Assembly: GCA_040752195.1 (NCBI GenBank)
Contig: JBFMFC010000003.1
Location: forward strand, 40,110-104,109
Reading direction: 5' to 3'
DNA: 64,000 nt
From: Pseudomonadota bacterium
GTDB lineage: Bacteria; Pseudomonadota; Gammaproteobacteria; Burkholderiales; Burkholderiaceae_F
Position numbers and translations under genes: made by a program. The stretch's first letter is position 1, and every line of letters begins with the position of its first letter. Below are positions 19,634 to 29,489 of this stretch, one piece after another. The notes beneath the pieces are model-generated. The model worked only from the letters and a program-made list of their open reading frames with translations. It was not told the origin of the DNA and ran no database searches.

Positions 19634-20602
19634 CTACCGCTGCGGGCTCTTCGTCCCTTCGATCACAGGATACATGGGGCGCCCCGTCTTCGCCCACTGC
19701 ACGATGTTCAGCGCAGCCTTGCGCCGCAGCTCGACTTCGGCTTCGGCCGAATAAAACGCGCTGTGCGGTGTCAGCAGCACGCGCGGATGGCGGGCGAGCG
19801 GATGATCGGTCGCGAGCGGCTCGACCGGCAGCACGTCGAGCGCGGCGCCGTCGAGCGTCCCGTCGTCGAGCGCGGCGAGCAGCGCGTCGATGTCGACGAC
19901 CGCGCCGCGCGCGGTATTGACCAGCACGCTGCCGCGCCGCATCCGGGCGAGCAGCCGCGCGCCGACCAGCCCGCGCGTCTCGTGGGTCAGCGGCACGTGC
20001 AGCGACACGACGTCGCTGCGCTCGAACAGTTCGTCGAGCCCCGCGCGCTCGACGTACGCCGGGAAGTCGCCGTCGATGATGTACGGATCGCACGCGAGCA
20101 CGCGCGCGAAGCAGTCGCGCGCCAGGTGCGCAAAGCGCTTGCCGATGCGGCCAAGCCCGAGGATGCCGACGGTCAGGTTCGACGCGCGCCGGATCGCCCC
20201 CGGCGACAGGTAGCTCCAGCGGCCCGCACGGACGTCGCGGTCGTAAATGGTCAGATGCCGCAGCAGCGCGAGCGCCATCGCCAGTGCGTGTGTGGCGACT
20301 TCGCCCACGCCGTAGTCGGGCGAGTTGGCGAGCCAGACCCCGTGCCGCGCGCACGCCGCCGGGTCGACCGTGTCGTAGCCGGCGCCATACCGGCTGACGA
20401 TGCCCAACCTTGGCAGCGCCGCGAGCACGCGCTCGGTCACCGGCGCGTACTGGACGAGCAGCGCGTCGCAGTCGCGTGCGGCGGCGATCACGTCGTCCTC
20501 GGTCCTGCACTGCGCCGACTCCAGCGTCAAGCCGGCCTCGGCGAAGATCGACTGCTCGAGCACGAGCGTCGGAAAGTCGAAGTCGGTGATCAGGGCTTTC
20601 AT
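19634..20602 (-). CDS. D-isomer-specific 2-hydroxyacid dehydrogenase (CtBP/SerA-like)
   Basis: [37 protein letters not shown]; start trimmed to ATG 20602. Confidence 0.9.
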   Translation of the reverse strand: MKALITDFDFPTLVLEQSIFAEAGLTLESAQCRTEDDVIAAARDCDALLVQYAPVTERVLAALPRLGIVSRYGAGYDTVDPAACARHGVWLANSPDYGVGEVATHALAMALALLRHLTIYDRDVRAGRWSYLSPGAIRRASNLTVGILGLGRIGKRFAHLARDCFARVLACDPYIIDGDFPAYVERAGLDELFERSDVVSLHVPLTHETRGLVGARLLARMRRGSVLVNTARGAVVDIDALLAALDDGTLDGAALDVLPVEPLATDHPLARHPRVLLTPHSAFYSAEAEVELRRKAALNIVQWAKTGRPMYPVIEGTKSPQR

Positions 20603-20707
20603 CGAGGAAGATGCTGGGTTCACCGCCGAGACGCGGCGCAAGGACGACTCGATGCCGCTGTCCGTGTGTCGGCAGTCGCTCCGTTGATGCCGCAAGACAC
20701 GGCGATC

Positions 20708-22480
20708 TCAGTGATTGTCCTTCGGCACGTCCGCACCGCTCGCTCCGACCAGGAAGTCGAGATCGGCGCCGCGGTCGGCCTGCTGCACGTGATCGAAGTA
20801 AAGCTTCACGTAGCCGCGGCTCATCGGCGCCTGCGGCGGCTTCCATGCCGCCCTGCGCCGCGCGAGCTCTTCGTCGCTCACTTCGAGGTGCAGCCGGCGC
20901 CGCTCGACGTCCAGCTCGATCATGTCGCCGTTTTTCACCAGCGCGAGATTGCCGCCGGCCGACGCCTCCGGCGCGATGTGCAGCACGACGGTGCCGTACG
21001 CGGTGCCGCTCATGCGCGCATCCGAGATGCGCACCATGTCGGTGACGCCCTGGCGAACGAGCTTCTTCGGAATCGGCATGTTGCCGACCTCGGCCATGCC
21101 CGGGTAGCCCTTCGGGCCGCAGTTCTTCAGCACGAGGATGTCGTCGGGTTTCACGTCGAGTCGCTCGTCTTCGACCTTCGCGTGCATGTCGTCGCTCGTT
21201 TCGAAGACCACCGCGCGGCCGCGGTGCTTCATCAGCGCGGGCGTGGCGGCCGATGGCTTGATCACGGCGCCGTCCGGACACAGATTGCCGCGCAGCACCG
21301 CAATGCCGGCCTGCGCCTTGAACGGATCCGACAGCGGCCGGATCACGCGCCGGGTCCCGTCCAGATCCCAGCGCGGCGCATCCTTGTTGTTTTCCCAGAT
21401 CGTTCTGCCGTTGACGGTCAGCGCATCCTTGTTCAGCACAGGGCCCAGCTCGCGAATCACCGCGGGTAGCCCCCCCGCGTAATAGAAGTCCTCCATCAGG
21501 TACTTGCCCGACGGCTGCAGGTCCACGAGGCACGGCAGGTCGTGGCCGAGCGCGTCCCAGTCGTCGAGCGAGAGCCGCACGCCGACGCGGCCCGCCAGCG
21601 CGAGAAGGTGGATCACCGCATTGGTCGAGCCGCCGATGGCGGCGTTGACGCGGATCGCGTTCTCGAAAGCCGCCCGCGTCAGGATCTTCGACATCACGAG
21701 ATCCTCTTCGACCATCTGCACGATGCGGCGGCCCGCCATCCGCGCAAGCACGTTGCGCCGCGCATCGACCGCGGGGATCGCTGCGTTGCCGGGCAGCCCC
21801 ATGCCGAGCGCCTCGACCATCGACGCCATCGTCGATGCGGTGCCCATCGTCATGCAGTGCCCGTGCGACCGATGCATGCAGCTTTCGGCCTCGAAGAAAT
21901 CCGCCTGCGACATCGCGCCGGCGCGCACCGCCTCGCTCATCTGCCACACGCCCGTGCCCGAGCCCAGCTCACCGCCGCGGTACTTGCCGGACAGCATCGG
22001 CCCGCCGGAGACGCCGATCGTCGGCAGGTCCACGCTCGCAGCGCCCATCAGCAGCGCGGGCGTGGTCTTGTCGCAACCCATCAGCAGGACGACGCCGTCG
22101 AGCGGATTGGCGCGGATCGACTCCTCGACGTCCATGCTGACGAGGTTGCGGAACAGCATCGTCGTCGGCCGCATCAAGGTTTCGCCGAGCGACATCACCG
22201 GAAACTCGAGCGGGAAGCCGCCCGCTTCGAGCACGCCGTGCTTGACGTGCTCCGCCAGCACGCGGAAGTGCGTGTTGCACGGCGTCAGCTCCGACCATGT
22301 ATTGCAGATGCCGATGACCGGACGGCCGTCGAACTGGTCGTGCGGCACCCCGCGGTTCTTCATCCACGAGCGGTAGATGAAGCCGTCGCGGTCGAGCCGG
22401 CCGAACCAGGCCTGGCTGCGGCGCGGTTTCGCGCCTTTGCGGTTCGAGCTGCCGCCGTTCGAGTCCGATCCTCCGGACAT
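20708..22480 (-). CDS. IlvD/Edd family dehydratase, pentonate/hexonate (L-arabonate-type) subgroup
   Basis: RSQAWFG, ELTPCN, GCDKTTP, HCMTMGTAS, GGSTNA, GPKGYPGMAE, SDARMSGT; start trimmed to ATG 22480. Confidence 0.9.
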   Translation of the reverse strand: MSGGSDSNGGSSNRKGAKPRRSQAWFGRLDRDGFIYRSWMKNRGVPHDQFDGRPVIGICNTWSELTPCNTHFRVLAEHVKHGVLEAGGFPLEFPVMSLGETLMRPTTMLFRNLVSMDVEESIRANPLDGVVLLMGCDKTTPALLMGAASVDLPTIGVSGGPMLSGKYRGGELGSGTGVWQMSEAVRAGAMSQADFFEAESCMHRSHGHCMTMGTASTMASMVEALGMGLPGNAAIPAVDARRNVLARMAGRRIVQMVEEDLVMSKILTRAAFENAIRVNAAIGGSTNAVIHLLALAGRVGVRLSLDDWDALGHDLPCLVDLQPSGKYLMEDFYYAGGLPAVIRELGPVLNKDALTVNGRTIWENNKDAPRWDLDGTRRVIRPLSDPFKAQAGIAVLRGNLCPDGAVIKPSAATPALMKHRGRAVVFETSDDMHAKVEDERLDVKPDDILVLKNCGPKGYPGMAEVGNMPIPKKLVRQGVTDMVRISDARMSGTAYGTVVLHIAPEASAGGNLALVKNGDMIELDVERRRLHLEVSDEELARRRAAWKPPQAPMSRGYVKLYFDHVQQADRGADLDFLVGASGADVPKDNH

Positions 22481-22579
22481 CGCGCTGTCTCCTCGTGTCG
22501 TCGTGATGTTGTCGCCGCGGTGGCGCGGCGCGCACGCACTGTAGCGTGCGGCCGCCGCGCGGGTCAAGGCTCGGCGGTC

Positions 22580-22596
22580 AAGTGGTCAGGCCAATT
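22580..22596. promoter_or_regulatory. putative FadR/GntR operator, copy 2
   Basis: AAGTGGTCAGGCCAATT, identical to 9856-9872, in the divergent dehydratase/SDR promoter. Confidence 0.7.
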
Positions 22597-22659
22597 TTGC
22601 GCAACCGGCGCGGATGCCCGGTATAGTCGCGCCGGTCGGATTCCGGGACAGGAGGAAGC

Positions 22660-23418
22660 GTGAATCGACTCGACATGCAAGGTCGCGGCGCGATCGTCAC
22701 CGGCGGCGCCGCCGGCATCGGACTGGCCATCGCGCGGCGACTCGCCGACTCGGGCGCGCGCGTGTCCATCTGGGACCGCGACGCCGGCGCGCTCGACCGC
22801 GCGCTGCAGGAACTCGGCGGCGGCCATCACGGGCACGTCCTCGACGTGACCGACGAGGCCGCCGTCGGCGCCGCTCGCGACGCGAGCATCGCCGCGCTCG
22901 GCCGCGTCGACGCGCTGGTCTGCAGCGCGGGGATCACCGGTCCGAACACGACGGTCGAGAGCTATCCGCTCGCGGCCTGGCGGCAGGTGATCGACATCAA
23001 TCTGACCGGCGTTTTCCTGTGCAACCGCGCGCTCGTCGCGCACATGCGCTCGCACGATGGCGGAAAGGGTTACGGCCGCATCGTCAACATCGCGTCGATC
23101 GCGGGCAAGGAAGGCAATCCGAATGCGAGCGCGTACAGCGCATCGAAGGCCGCGGTCATCGCGCTCACCAAGTCGCTCGGCAAGGAACTGGCGAGCACCG
23201 GCATCCGCGTGAACTGCGTGACGCCGGCGGCGGTGAAAACCGGCATGTTCAGCCAGATGACGCAGTCGCACATCGACTACATGCTGTCGAAGATCCCGCT
23301 GGGCCGCTTCGGCGAGGTCGACGAGATCGCCGCGCTGGTCGGCTGGCTGTGCACCGACGAGTGCTCGTTCTCGACGGGCGCGGTGTTCGATCTGTCGGGC
23401 GGCCGGGCGGTGTATTGA
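22660..23418 (+). CDS. SDR oxidoreductase
   Basis: TGGAAGIG, CSAG, ASIAGKEGNPNASAYSASK, IPLGR, FDLSGGRA. Confidence 0.92.
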   Translation: MNRLDMQGRGAIVTGGAAGIGLAIARRLADSGARVSIWDRDAGALDRALQELGGGHHGHVLDVTDEAAVGAARDASIAALGRVDALVCSAGITGPNTTVESYPLAAWRQVIDINLTGVFLCNRALVAHMRSHDGGKGYGRIVNIASIAGKEGNPNASAYSASKAAVIALTKSLGKELASTGIRVNCVTPAAVKTGMFSQMTQSHIDYMLSKIPLGRFGEVDEIAALVGWLCTDECSFSTGAVFDLSGGRAVY

Positions 23419-23480
23419 GCCGTCGCCGACCCGCACGCGAAGTACGGCGAGGACATCGTTCGTTCCTTCAAGGACCGTAG

Positions 23481-24560
23481 ATGCAGCGAACCGATTCAGC
23501 GACGGATCACGCGCCGCGCTACGCCGCAAACGCGCTGCTCGAGTGCGCGCGGGCGCTGCTTTTGCGCGCCGGCATGGCCGAGCCGCTCGCCCGCGACGTC
23601 GCCGAGGTGCTGCTCGAAGGCGATCTCCTCGGTCACGACACGCACGGCCTCGCGCTGCTCGCGCCGTATCTCGGCGAGATCGAGCGCGGGGCGATGCGGC
23701 GCGAGGGCAGCCATGTCGTCGTCGCCGAGCGCGCCGCCGTGGCGACATGGGACGGGCAGCGGCTGCCCGGCCAATGGCTCACGCGGCGTGCCGTCGATGC
23801 GGCCATCGAGCGCGCGCGGACCTACGGCACCGCAACGGTCGTCGTCCGGCGCAGCCACCACATCGGCTGCCTCGCCGCGTATCTGCCGCGCGCGACCGAA
23901 CAAGGACTGGTGCTGTTGCTCGCGTGCTCCGACCCGAACGCGGCAAGCGTGGCGCCGTTCGGCGGCACGCGCGCCTTCGTCACACCGAACCCGCTCGCTT
24001 GCGGCTTTCCGACCGCGGGCGACCCGGTGCTGATCGACATCTCGGCTTCGGTCACGACCAACGGAATGAGCGCGCGGCTGCACCGACAGGGTCGCAGGTT
24101 TGCGCATCCGTGGCTGATCGATGCGAACGGCGACGCAACCGACGATCCGGCAACGCTGTTCGCCGATCCGCCCGGCACGATCCTGCCGCTCGGCGGGCTG
24201 GAGGCCGGACACAAGGGCTACGGCCTTGCGTTGACCATCGAGGCGCTGACCGCGGGGCTGGCCGGCTTCGGCCGCGCCGATCCCAAAGAAGGCTGGGGAG
24301 CGACAGTGTTCGTCCAGGCACTCGATCCCGCCGCGTTCGGTGGGGCAAACGAATTCGTTCGCCAGGCCGAGTGGCTGCGCGAAGCGTGCCGCTCGAACCC
24401 GCCGCGGCCGGGTGTCGACCGCGTCCGTTTGCCCGGCGAGCGCGGGCTCGCGCGCCGGCGCGAGCAGCTTGCGCACGGCGTGGCGTTGAACGCCGAGATC
24501 CTGGCCGCGCTGGCACCTTGGGCCGACCGCTTCGGCGTCGCGCTTCCGGCCGCGCTGTAG
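23481..24560 (+). CDS. Ldh_2 family oxidoreductase (second copy)
   Basis: GHDTHG, HHIGCL, TPNP, IDISAS, GHKGYGLA. Confidence 0.9.
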   Translation: MQRTDSATDHAPRYAANALLECARALLLRAGMAEPLARDVAEVLLEGDLLGHDTHGLALLAPYLGEIERGAMRREGSHVVVAERAAVATWDGQRLPGQWLTRRAVDAAIERARTYGTATVVVRRSHHIGCLAAYLPRATEQGLVLLLACSDPNAASVAPFGGTRAFVTPNPLACGFPTAGDPVLIDISASVTTNGMSARLHRQGRRFAHPWLIDANGDATDDPATLFADPPGTILPLGGLEAGHKGYGLALTIEALTAGLAGFGRADPKEGWGATVFVQALDPAAFGGANEFVRQAEWLREACRSNPPRPGVDRVRLPGERGLARRREQLAHGVALNAEILAALAPWADRFGVALPAAL

Positions 24561-24712
24561 CCGTCTGGCGGGCGCAACGCGCGGCGCCGGGCACGAGGCG
24601 CGATCGCGGCTTCGCCGCGAAAAGCGCCACGGCAAGCCAGGGCCTATCTCGCGGCACATCGATCTGTGTGCTCAAATTCGCGCTTTCGTTTTCGCAGGTC
24701 TGAGGGGTGTGC

Positions 24713-26164
24713 ATGGAACAGCTCGTCGCCCGCTTCCGATCGCTCGTGCCGGCGGTCGACTACTGCTCGATCCGCGTGGTCGACGAAGACACCGAGATCG
24801 TCTCGGTGCGGCAGGACGTTGCCGAGCCGGTGCAGGCATCGCGCGATCGCGGCGCGATGATCACCATCGCCGTCGGCGATGGCGTCGGCTACGCGGCGAC
24901 GAGCGATCTGTCGGACGCGGGGCTGAAGGACGCGATCGCGCGCGCCCACGAGTGGGCGCGGCTCGCGCGCGGCCGCTCGGTCTTCGAGGGCGCGTCGCCC
25001 GCGCTGCCGCGGCCGATCGGCCGCTACGCCACGCCGGTCGCCAAGCCGCTGCGCATGAGCAAGGCCGAGCGGCTCGATCTGCTGATGCGCGAATCGACCG
25101 CATGCAAGATCGACAGCCGCATCGTCGACTGGGCGGCGATGCTGTGGACCACGCGCACTCGCCAGCTCCTCGCCACGGCCGACGGCGGCGAGACGTTGCA
25201 GGAGTGGGAGTTCACCGTGCCGGGGCTGCACGTCACCGCGCACGCGGACGGCGTGACGCAGACGCGCTCGTGGGGCGGCCGCTACAACGGCTACTGCCAG
25301 CAGGGCGGTTTCGAGATCGTCGAGCGCTCGGGCTTCGTCGGCAGCGGGCGTCTCACCGCCGAGGAAGCGCTGCAACTCGTCGCCGCGCCCAACTGCCCGA
25401 GCGGCACGATGGACGTGGTGCTGATGCCCGACCAGATGATGCTGCAGATCCACGAGTCGATCGGGCACCCGCTCGAGCTCGACCGCATCCTCGGCGACGA
25501 GCGCAACTACGCGGGAACGAGCTTCGTCACGCTCGACATGTTCGGCAGCTATCGATACGGCTCGCCGCTGCTGAACGTGACCTACGACCCCACGCGCGCC
25601 GAGGAGTTCGCCACCTTCGCGTTCGACGACGAAGGAACGCCCGCGCGGCGCGAGTACCTCATCCGCGACGGCGTGCTGCTCCGTCCGCTCGGCGGAACCA
25701 GCTCGCAGCAGCGCGCGCGCCGCCGCCGCGCCGACATCGGCGGCGTGGCGACCACGCGCGCGTGCAGCTGGAACCGGCCACCGATCGACCGCATGAGCAA
25801 CGTCAACGTCGAACCGGGCATGAGCACGCTCGACGAGATGATCGCCGTGACCGAACTCGGCGTGCTGATGAAAACCAACCGCTCGTGGTCGATCGACGAT
25901 TCGCGCAACAAGTTCCAGTTCGGCTGCGAATGGGGGCGAATGATCCGCAACGGCCGGCTCGCCGAAGTCGTTCGCGATCCGAACTACCGCGGCGTGAGCG
26001 CCACGTTCTGGCGCTCGCTCGCGATGGTCGGCCGCCCGGAGACGGTCGAAGTGATGGGCACGCCGTACTGCGGCAAGGGCGAACCGAATCAGGCGATCCG
26101 GGTCGGCCACGCGAGCCCGGTGTGCCGTTTCACGAACGTCGACGTCTTCGGCGCGGAGAAGTAA
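24713..26164 (+). CDS. tldD: TldD family metalloprotease subunit
   Basis: HExxxH motif QIHESIGHPLELDR, DDEG, PIDRMSN, SWSIDD, GKGEP; start ATG 24713. Confidence 0.9.
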   Translation: MEQLVARFRSLVPAVDYCSIRVVDEDTEIVSVRQDVAEPVQASRDRGAMITIAVGDGVGYAATSDLSDAGLKDAIARAHEWARLARGRSVFEGASPALPRPIGRYATPVAKPLRMSKAERLDLLMRESTACKIDSRIVDWAAMLWTTRTRQLLATADGGETLQEWEFTVPGLHVTAHADGVTQTRSWGGRYNGYCQQGGFEIVERSGFVGSGRLTAEEALQLVAAPNCPSGTMDVVLMPDQMMLQIHESIGHPLELDRILGDERNYAGTSFVTLDMFGSYRYGSPLLNVTYDPTRAEEFATFAFDDEGTPARREYLIRDGVLLRPLGGTSSQQRARRRRADIGGVATTRACSWNRPPIDRMSNVNVEPGMSTLDEMIAVTELGVLMKTNRSWSIDDSRNKFQFGCEWGRMIRNGRLAEVVRDPNYRGVSATFWRSLAMVGRPETVEVMGTPYCGKGEPNQAIRVGHASPVCRFTNVDVFGAEK

Positions 26165-26247
26165 CCGCGCGCCCGCCGCCGCAGCGTCGAGGACTCGCCG
26201 ACTCGCCCGGTGCTCCCCATGGTCAACCACCGACTCTCGATCAGCCG

Positions 26248-27570
26248 ATGAAGCAACTCTTCCTTGAACTCGCCGACCACGCGATCGCGCAGCTGCGCGG
26301 CGACGAGGTGCTGCTCGCCAACTTCGCCGGCGAGGAAACCGACTTCGTGCGCTTCAACCGCGCGCAGGTGCGGCAGCCGATGAGCGTGCGCCAGGCGCAG
26401 TTGACGCTGTCGCTGATCGAGTCCGGCCGCCGCAACAACGTGACGCTCACGCTCAGCGGCGACCCGTCACAGGACCGTGCGCGCGTCACCGACGCGATCG
26501 GCGCACTGCGCAGCGAACTCGACGTGCTGCCCGCGGATCCGTATCTGCTGTATTCGACCGCGTCGACCGTATCCAACCGCGAGGACCGCGGCCGCCTGCC
26601 CTCGCCGGCCGAGGCGATCGAGCAGATCACCGCCGCCGCACGCGGCACCGACCTGGTCGGGCTGCTTGCGAGCGGTCCGATCTACCGCGGCTTCGCCAGT
26701 TCGATCGGCAGCCGGCACTGGCACGCGGTCGACGCGGTGCTGTTCGACTGGTCTCTGTATCACGAGGCCGACAAGGCCGTGAAGTGCGCGTGGGCAACCA
26801 GCCGCTGGGACACCGCGGAGCTCGCGCGCCGCATCGATGAAGGGCGCGCGCAGCTCGCGCACCTGGCCCGACCGGCGCGCACGATCGAACCCGGCGAGTA
26901 CCGCGTCTACCTGGCGCCCGCCGCGGTCGACGAACTAACGCAGATGCTCAACTGGGGCGGCGTGTCGGCGAAAGCGCAGCGCACCAAGCAGAGCTGCCTG
27001 CAGAAGCTCGTCGACGGCGAAGCGACGCTGTCGCCGCTCGCCACGGTGCGCGAAGATACCGCCGGCGGGCTCGCGCCCGCGTTCGACGAAGCCGGCTTCA
27101 CGCGTCCGCAGTCGGTCACGCTGATCGAGCAGGGGCGCCATGCCGGCAGTCTCGTCAGCCCTCGCACCGCCAAGGAGTACGGCATCGCCACCAACGGCGC
27201 AGGCGAAGACGAAGCGATGCAGTCGATGGCGATGGACGGCGGCCTGCTGCCCGAGGCGCACGCGTTGTCGGCGCTCGACACGGGCCTGGCGATCGGCAAC
27301 CTGCACTATCTGAATTTCTCCGACCGTCCGGGCGGCCGCGTCACGGGGCTGACGCGCTTCGCGACGTTCTGGGTGGAGAAGGGGCAGATCGTCGCGCCGG
27401 TCAACGTGATGCGCTTCGACGACACGCTGTACCGGATGCTCGGCTCCCACCTCGAAGCGCTGACGCGCGAGCCGCAGTGGACGATGGATACGCGCACTTA
27501 CGGCGCGCGCTCGGTGCAGACCAGCCGCGTGCCGGGGGCGCTGCTGACCCGCATGGCGTTCACGCTGTAG
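26248..27570 (+). CDS. tldE: TldE/PmbA family protein
   Basis: VRFNRAQVRQ, YRVYLAPAAV, LHYLNFSDR, TGLTRFATF; lacks HExxxH; directly follows tldD; start ATG 26248. Confidence 0.85.
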   Translation: MKQLFLELADHAIAQLRGDEVLLANFAGEETDFVRFNRAQVRQPMSVRQAQLTLSLIESGRRNNVTLTLSGDPSQDRARVTDAIGALRSELDVLPADPYLLYSTASTVSNREDRGRLPSPAEAIEQITAAARGTDLVGLLASGPIYRGFASSIGSRHWHAVDAVLFDWSLYHEADKAVKCAWATSRWDTAELARRIDEGRAQLAHLARPARTIEPGEYRVYLAPAAVDELTQMLNWGGVSAKAQRTKQSCLQKLVDGEATLSPLATVREDTAGGLAPAFDEAGFTRPQSVTLIEQGRHAGSLVSPRTAKEYGIATNGAGEDEAMQSMAMDGGLLPEAHALSALDTGLAIGNLHYLNFSDRPGGRVTGLTRFATFWVEKGQIVAPVNVMRFDDTLYRMLGSHLEALTREPQWTMDTRTYGARSVQTSRVPGALLTRMAFTL

Positions 27571-27689
27571 ACACCTGCCGTCGGCCGCGCCGTCGATGCG
27601 ACTCATCGCGACGCGCAGCGTGTCAGATCGCGGATCCGCCGGGAAGCCGACACACGATCAACGACCGCGTGCGCCGACCCTCATCGTCG

Positions 27690-28664
27690 ATGCCGAACTC
27701 CGCCGCCGGCGCCGAAGTGGCGTCTGAACCCGCGCCCGACGCCCGCCAGCGCGCCGCGCTGCTGCTCGCGCTCGCGCTGATCCTCGTGTGGGGCGCCAAC
27801 TTCTCGGTGCAGAAGGCCGTGTTCACGGCGCTGAGTCCCGGCGGGTTTCTGTTCGCGCGCTACCTGATCATGCCGCTGTGCGCGGTGGCGCTGCTGTGGC
27901 AGCGCTACGGCCGGCGCTGGCCGCGCCCGTCACGCGACGAGTGGTGGGCGCTCGCGCGGCTCGCGCTGCTCGGACACGTACTGCACGTCGGGCTGGTGAC
28001 TTTCGGCATCCACTGGTCGACGGCATTTTCCAGCTCGCTGATCCTGGCGTGCGGCCCTGTGTTCACGCTGCTGATCCTGCGGTTCGCCGGCACCGAGCGG
28101 CTGACGCGCGCGCAGGTTGCAGGGGTGGCGGTCGCGTGCGCCGGGGTGCTCGTGTTTCTTTCCGACAAGCTGCTCGGCGCGCAGTGGCGCGCGAGCGGCG
28201 GCGACCTCGTGCTGCTCGTCGCCGCCGCGTTCTTCTCCGCGTACACGGTCGCCGCCAAGCCCGTGTTCGAGCGGCACGGCGGCGTCGTAGTGATGGCGTA
28301 TACGACGCTGATCGGTTCGGTGCCGCTGGTGCTGCTGTCGGCGCCGGCCGGTCTGGCGGTCGACTGGTCGGCGGTGACGCCGGCGATCTGGGCCGGACTC
28401 TTGTGGGCGGTGATCGTCTCGGCCTTCGTCGGCTGGATCGTCTGGGGCTGGGTCAACGGCGTGCGCGGCGTGGCGCGCACGGCGCCGCTGCTGTACCTGA
28501 TGCCGCCGGTCGCGGGCGTGGTTGCGTGGCTCGCCACCGGCGAGGGTTACACGCCGATCAAACTCTTCGGCGCAGCGGTCACGCTCGGCGGCGTCGCGCT
28601 GGCGCAGTTCGCTCCGCGCGGCAAGCGCGCGGCGCCGCCGGAGAGCGTGACGGTCGTCGACTAA
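27690..28664 (+). CDS. DMT/EamA family transporter
   Basis: LVWGANF, FLFARY, ten hydrophobic segments, YLMPPVA; start approximate (ATG 27690). Confidence 0.87.
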   Translation: MPNSAAGAEVASEPAPDARQRAALLLALALILVWGANFSVQKAVFTALSPGGFLFARYLIMPLCAVALLWQRYGRRWPRPSRDEWWALARLALLGHVLHVGLVTFGIHWSTAFSSSLILACGPVFTLLILRFAGTERLTRAQVAGVAVACAGVLVFLSDKLLGAQWRASGGDLVLLVAAAFFSAYTVAAKPVFERHGGVVVMAYTTLIGSVPLVLLSAPAGLAVDWSAVTPAIWAGLLWAVIVSAFVGWIVWGWVNGVRGVARTAPLLYLMPPVAGVVAWLATGEGYTPIKLFGAAVTLGGVALAQFAPRGKRAAPPESVTVVD

Positions 28665-29066
28665 GCGCAGGGCGATCGTTCGCTGCGCGTCAAGAGCCGA
28701 TCGTCCGAATCGCCGAAATGCGGGACGACCGTTAGCGTCGTCGCCTCCACAACGCCCGCGATCAGTCGCCGCTTTTTGGGGCGACCGCACCGGCTCGCCG
28801 CGCTGCGCGTTTGGCAAGCGCTCCGGTGCCGGAAATCGCGCCGCTTTTCGCCGTTTTCACGGCGACGATGCGCATGCACGATCGACTCGTGGCGGCCTCG
28901 GCGCGGACGCACTGCCGCCCGGCTTCCGAGCGCAGCTCGTCGACCGTTGGTCGACGTTTCGCCGCCGTTCGGATTGCCGGGGGTCAGCACACCCGCGCAG
29001 CGTGCCGATGACATGAAGGCCGATGGTGCGGAACTCACAGCCATCGTCGGCCGAGTCGGAGAAGCA

Positions 29067-29489
29067 ATGAATCGCAGCCGGGCATTTACCTTGATCGAAG
29101 TCCTGATCGTGATGACCGTGCTCGCGATCCTGGCGAGCATCGCGATCCCGATGTACTCGCGCTACGTGCAGCGCGGGCAACTGGTCGAGGCCACGCAGGC
29201 GCTGTCGGAGTACCGCGTGCGGATGGAGCAGTTCTTCCAGGACAACCGCACCTACCAGAACGCAGGCGGCGCCTGCGGCGCAGCGGCGCCCACGGGGCTG
29301 CAGAACTTCGGATTCGCCTGCGTGGTCAACGCCGGCGGCCTGGCCTACACCGCGACGATGACCGGCAACGGACCCGTCGCGGGTTTCGTCTACACGATCA
29401 ACCAGGCCAACGTGCGCGCGACCACCTCGCTGCCGGCGAGCTGGGGCGCGCTGCCGCCCGACGCGGGGACGCGCTGGGTGACACGATGA
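29067..29489 (+). CDS. pilE: type IV minor pilin PilE
   Basis: Class III signal SRA|FTLIEVLIVM..LAILASIAIP.Y, MEQFFQDNRTY; start ATG 29067 with GGAGAA RBS. Confidence 0.88.
   Translation: MNRSRAFTLIEVLIVMTVLAILASIAIPMYSRYVQRGQLVEATQALSEYRVRMEQFFQDNRTYQNAGGACGAAAPTGLQNFGFACVVNAGGLAYTATMTGNGPVAGFVYTINQANVRATTSLPASWGALPPDAGTRWVTR

Noticed and set aside
24713-28664. TldD/E + DMT exporter as a RiPP (microcin-like) cluster
   Set aside because: No precursor peptide, YcaO, radical SAM or other maturase gene is visible.
28812-28829. Sigma54 promoter upstream of pilE (TGGCAAG...GTGC)
   Set aside because: The GG and GC dinucleotides are not separated by the required 10 nt.
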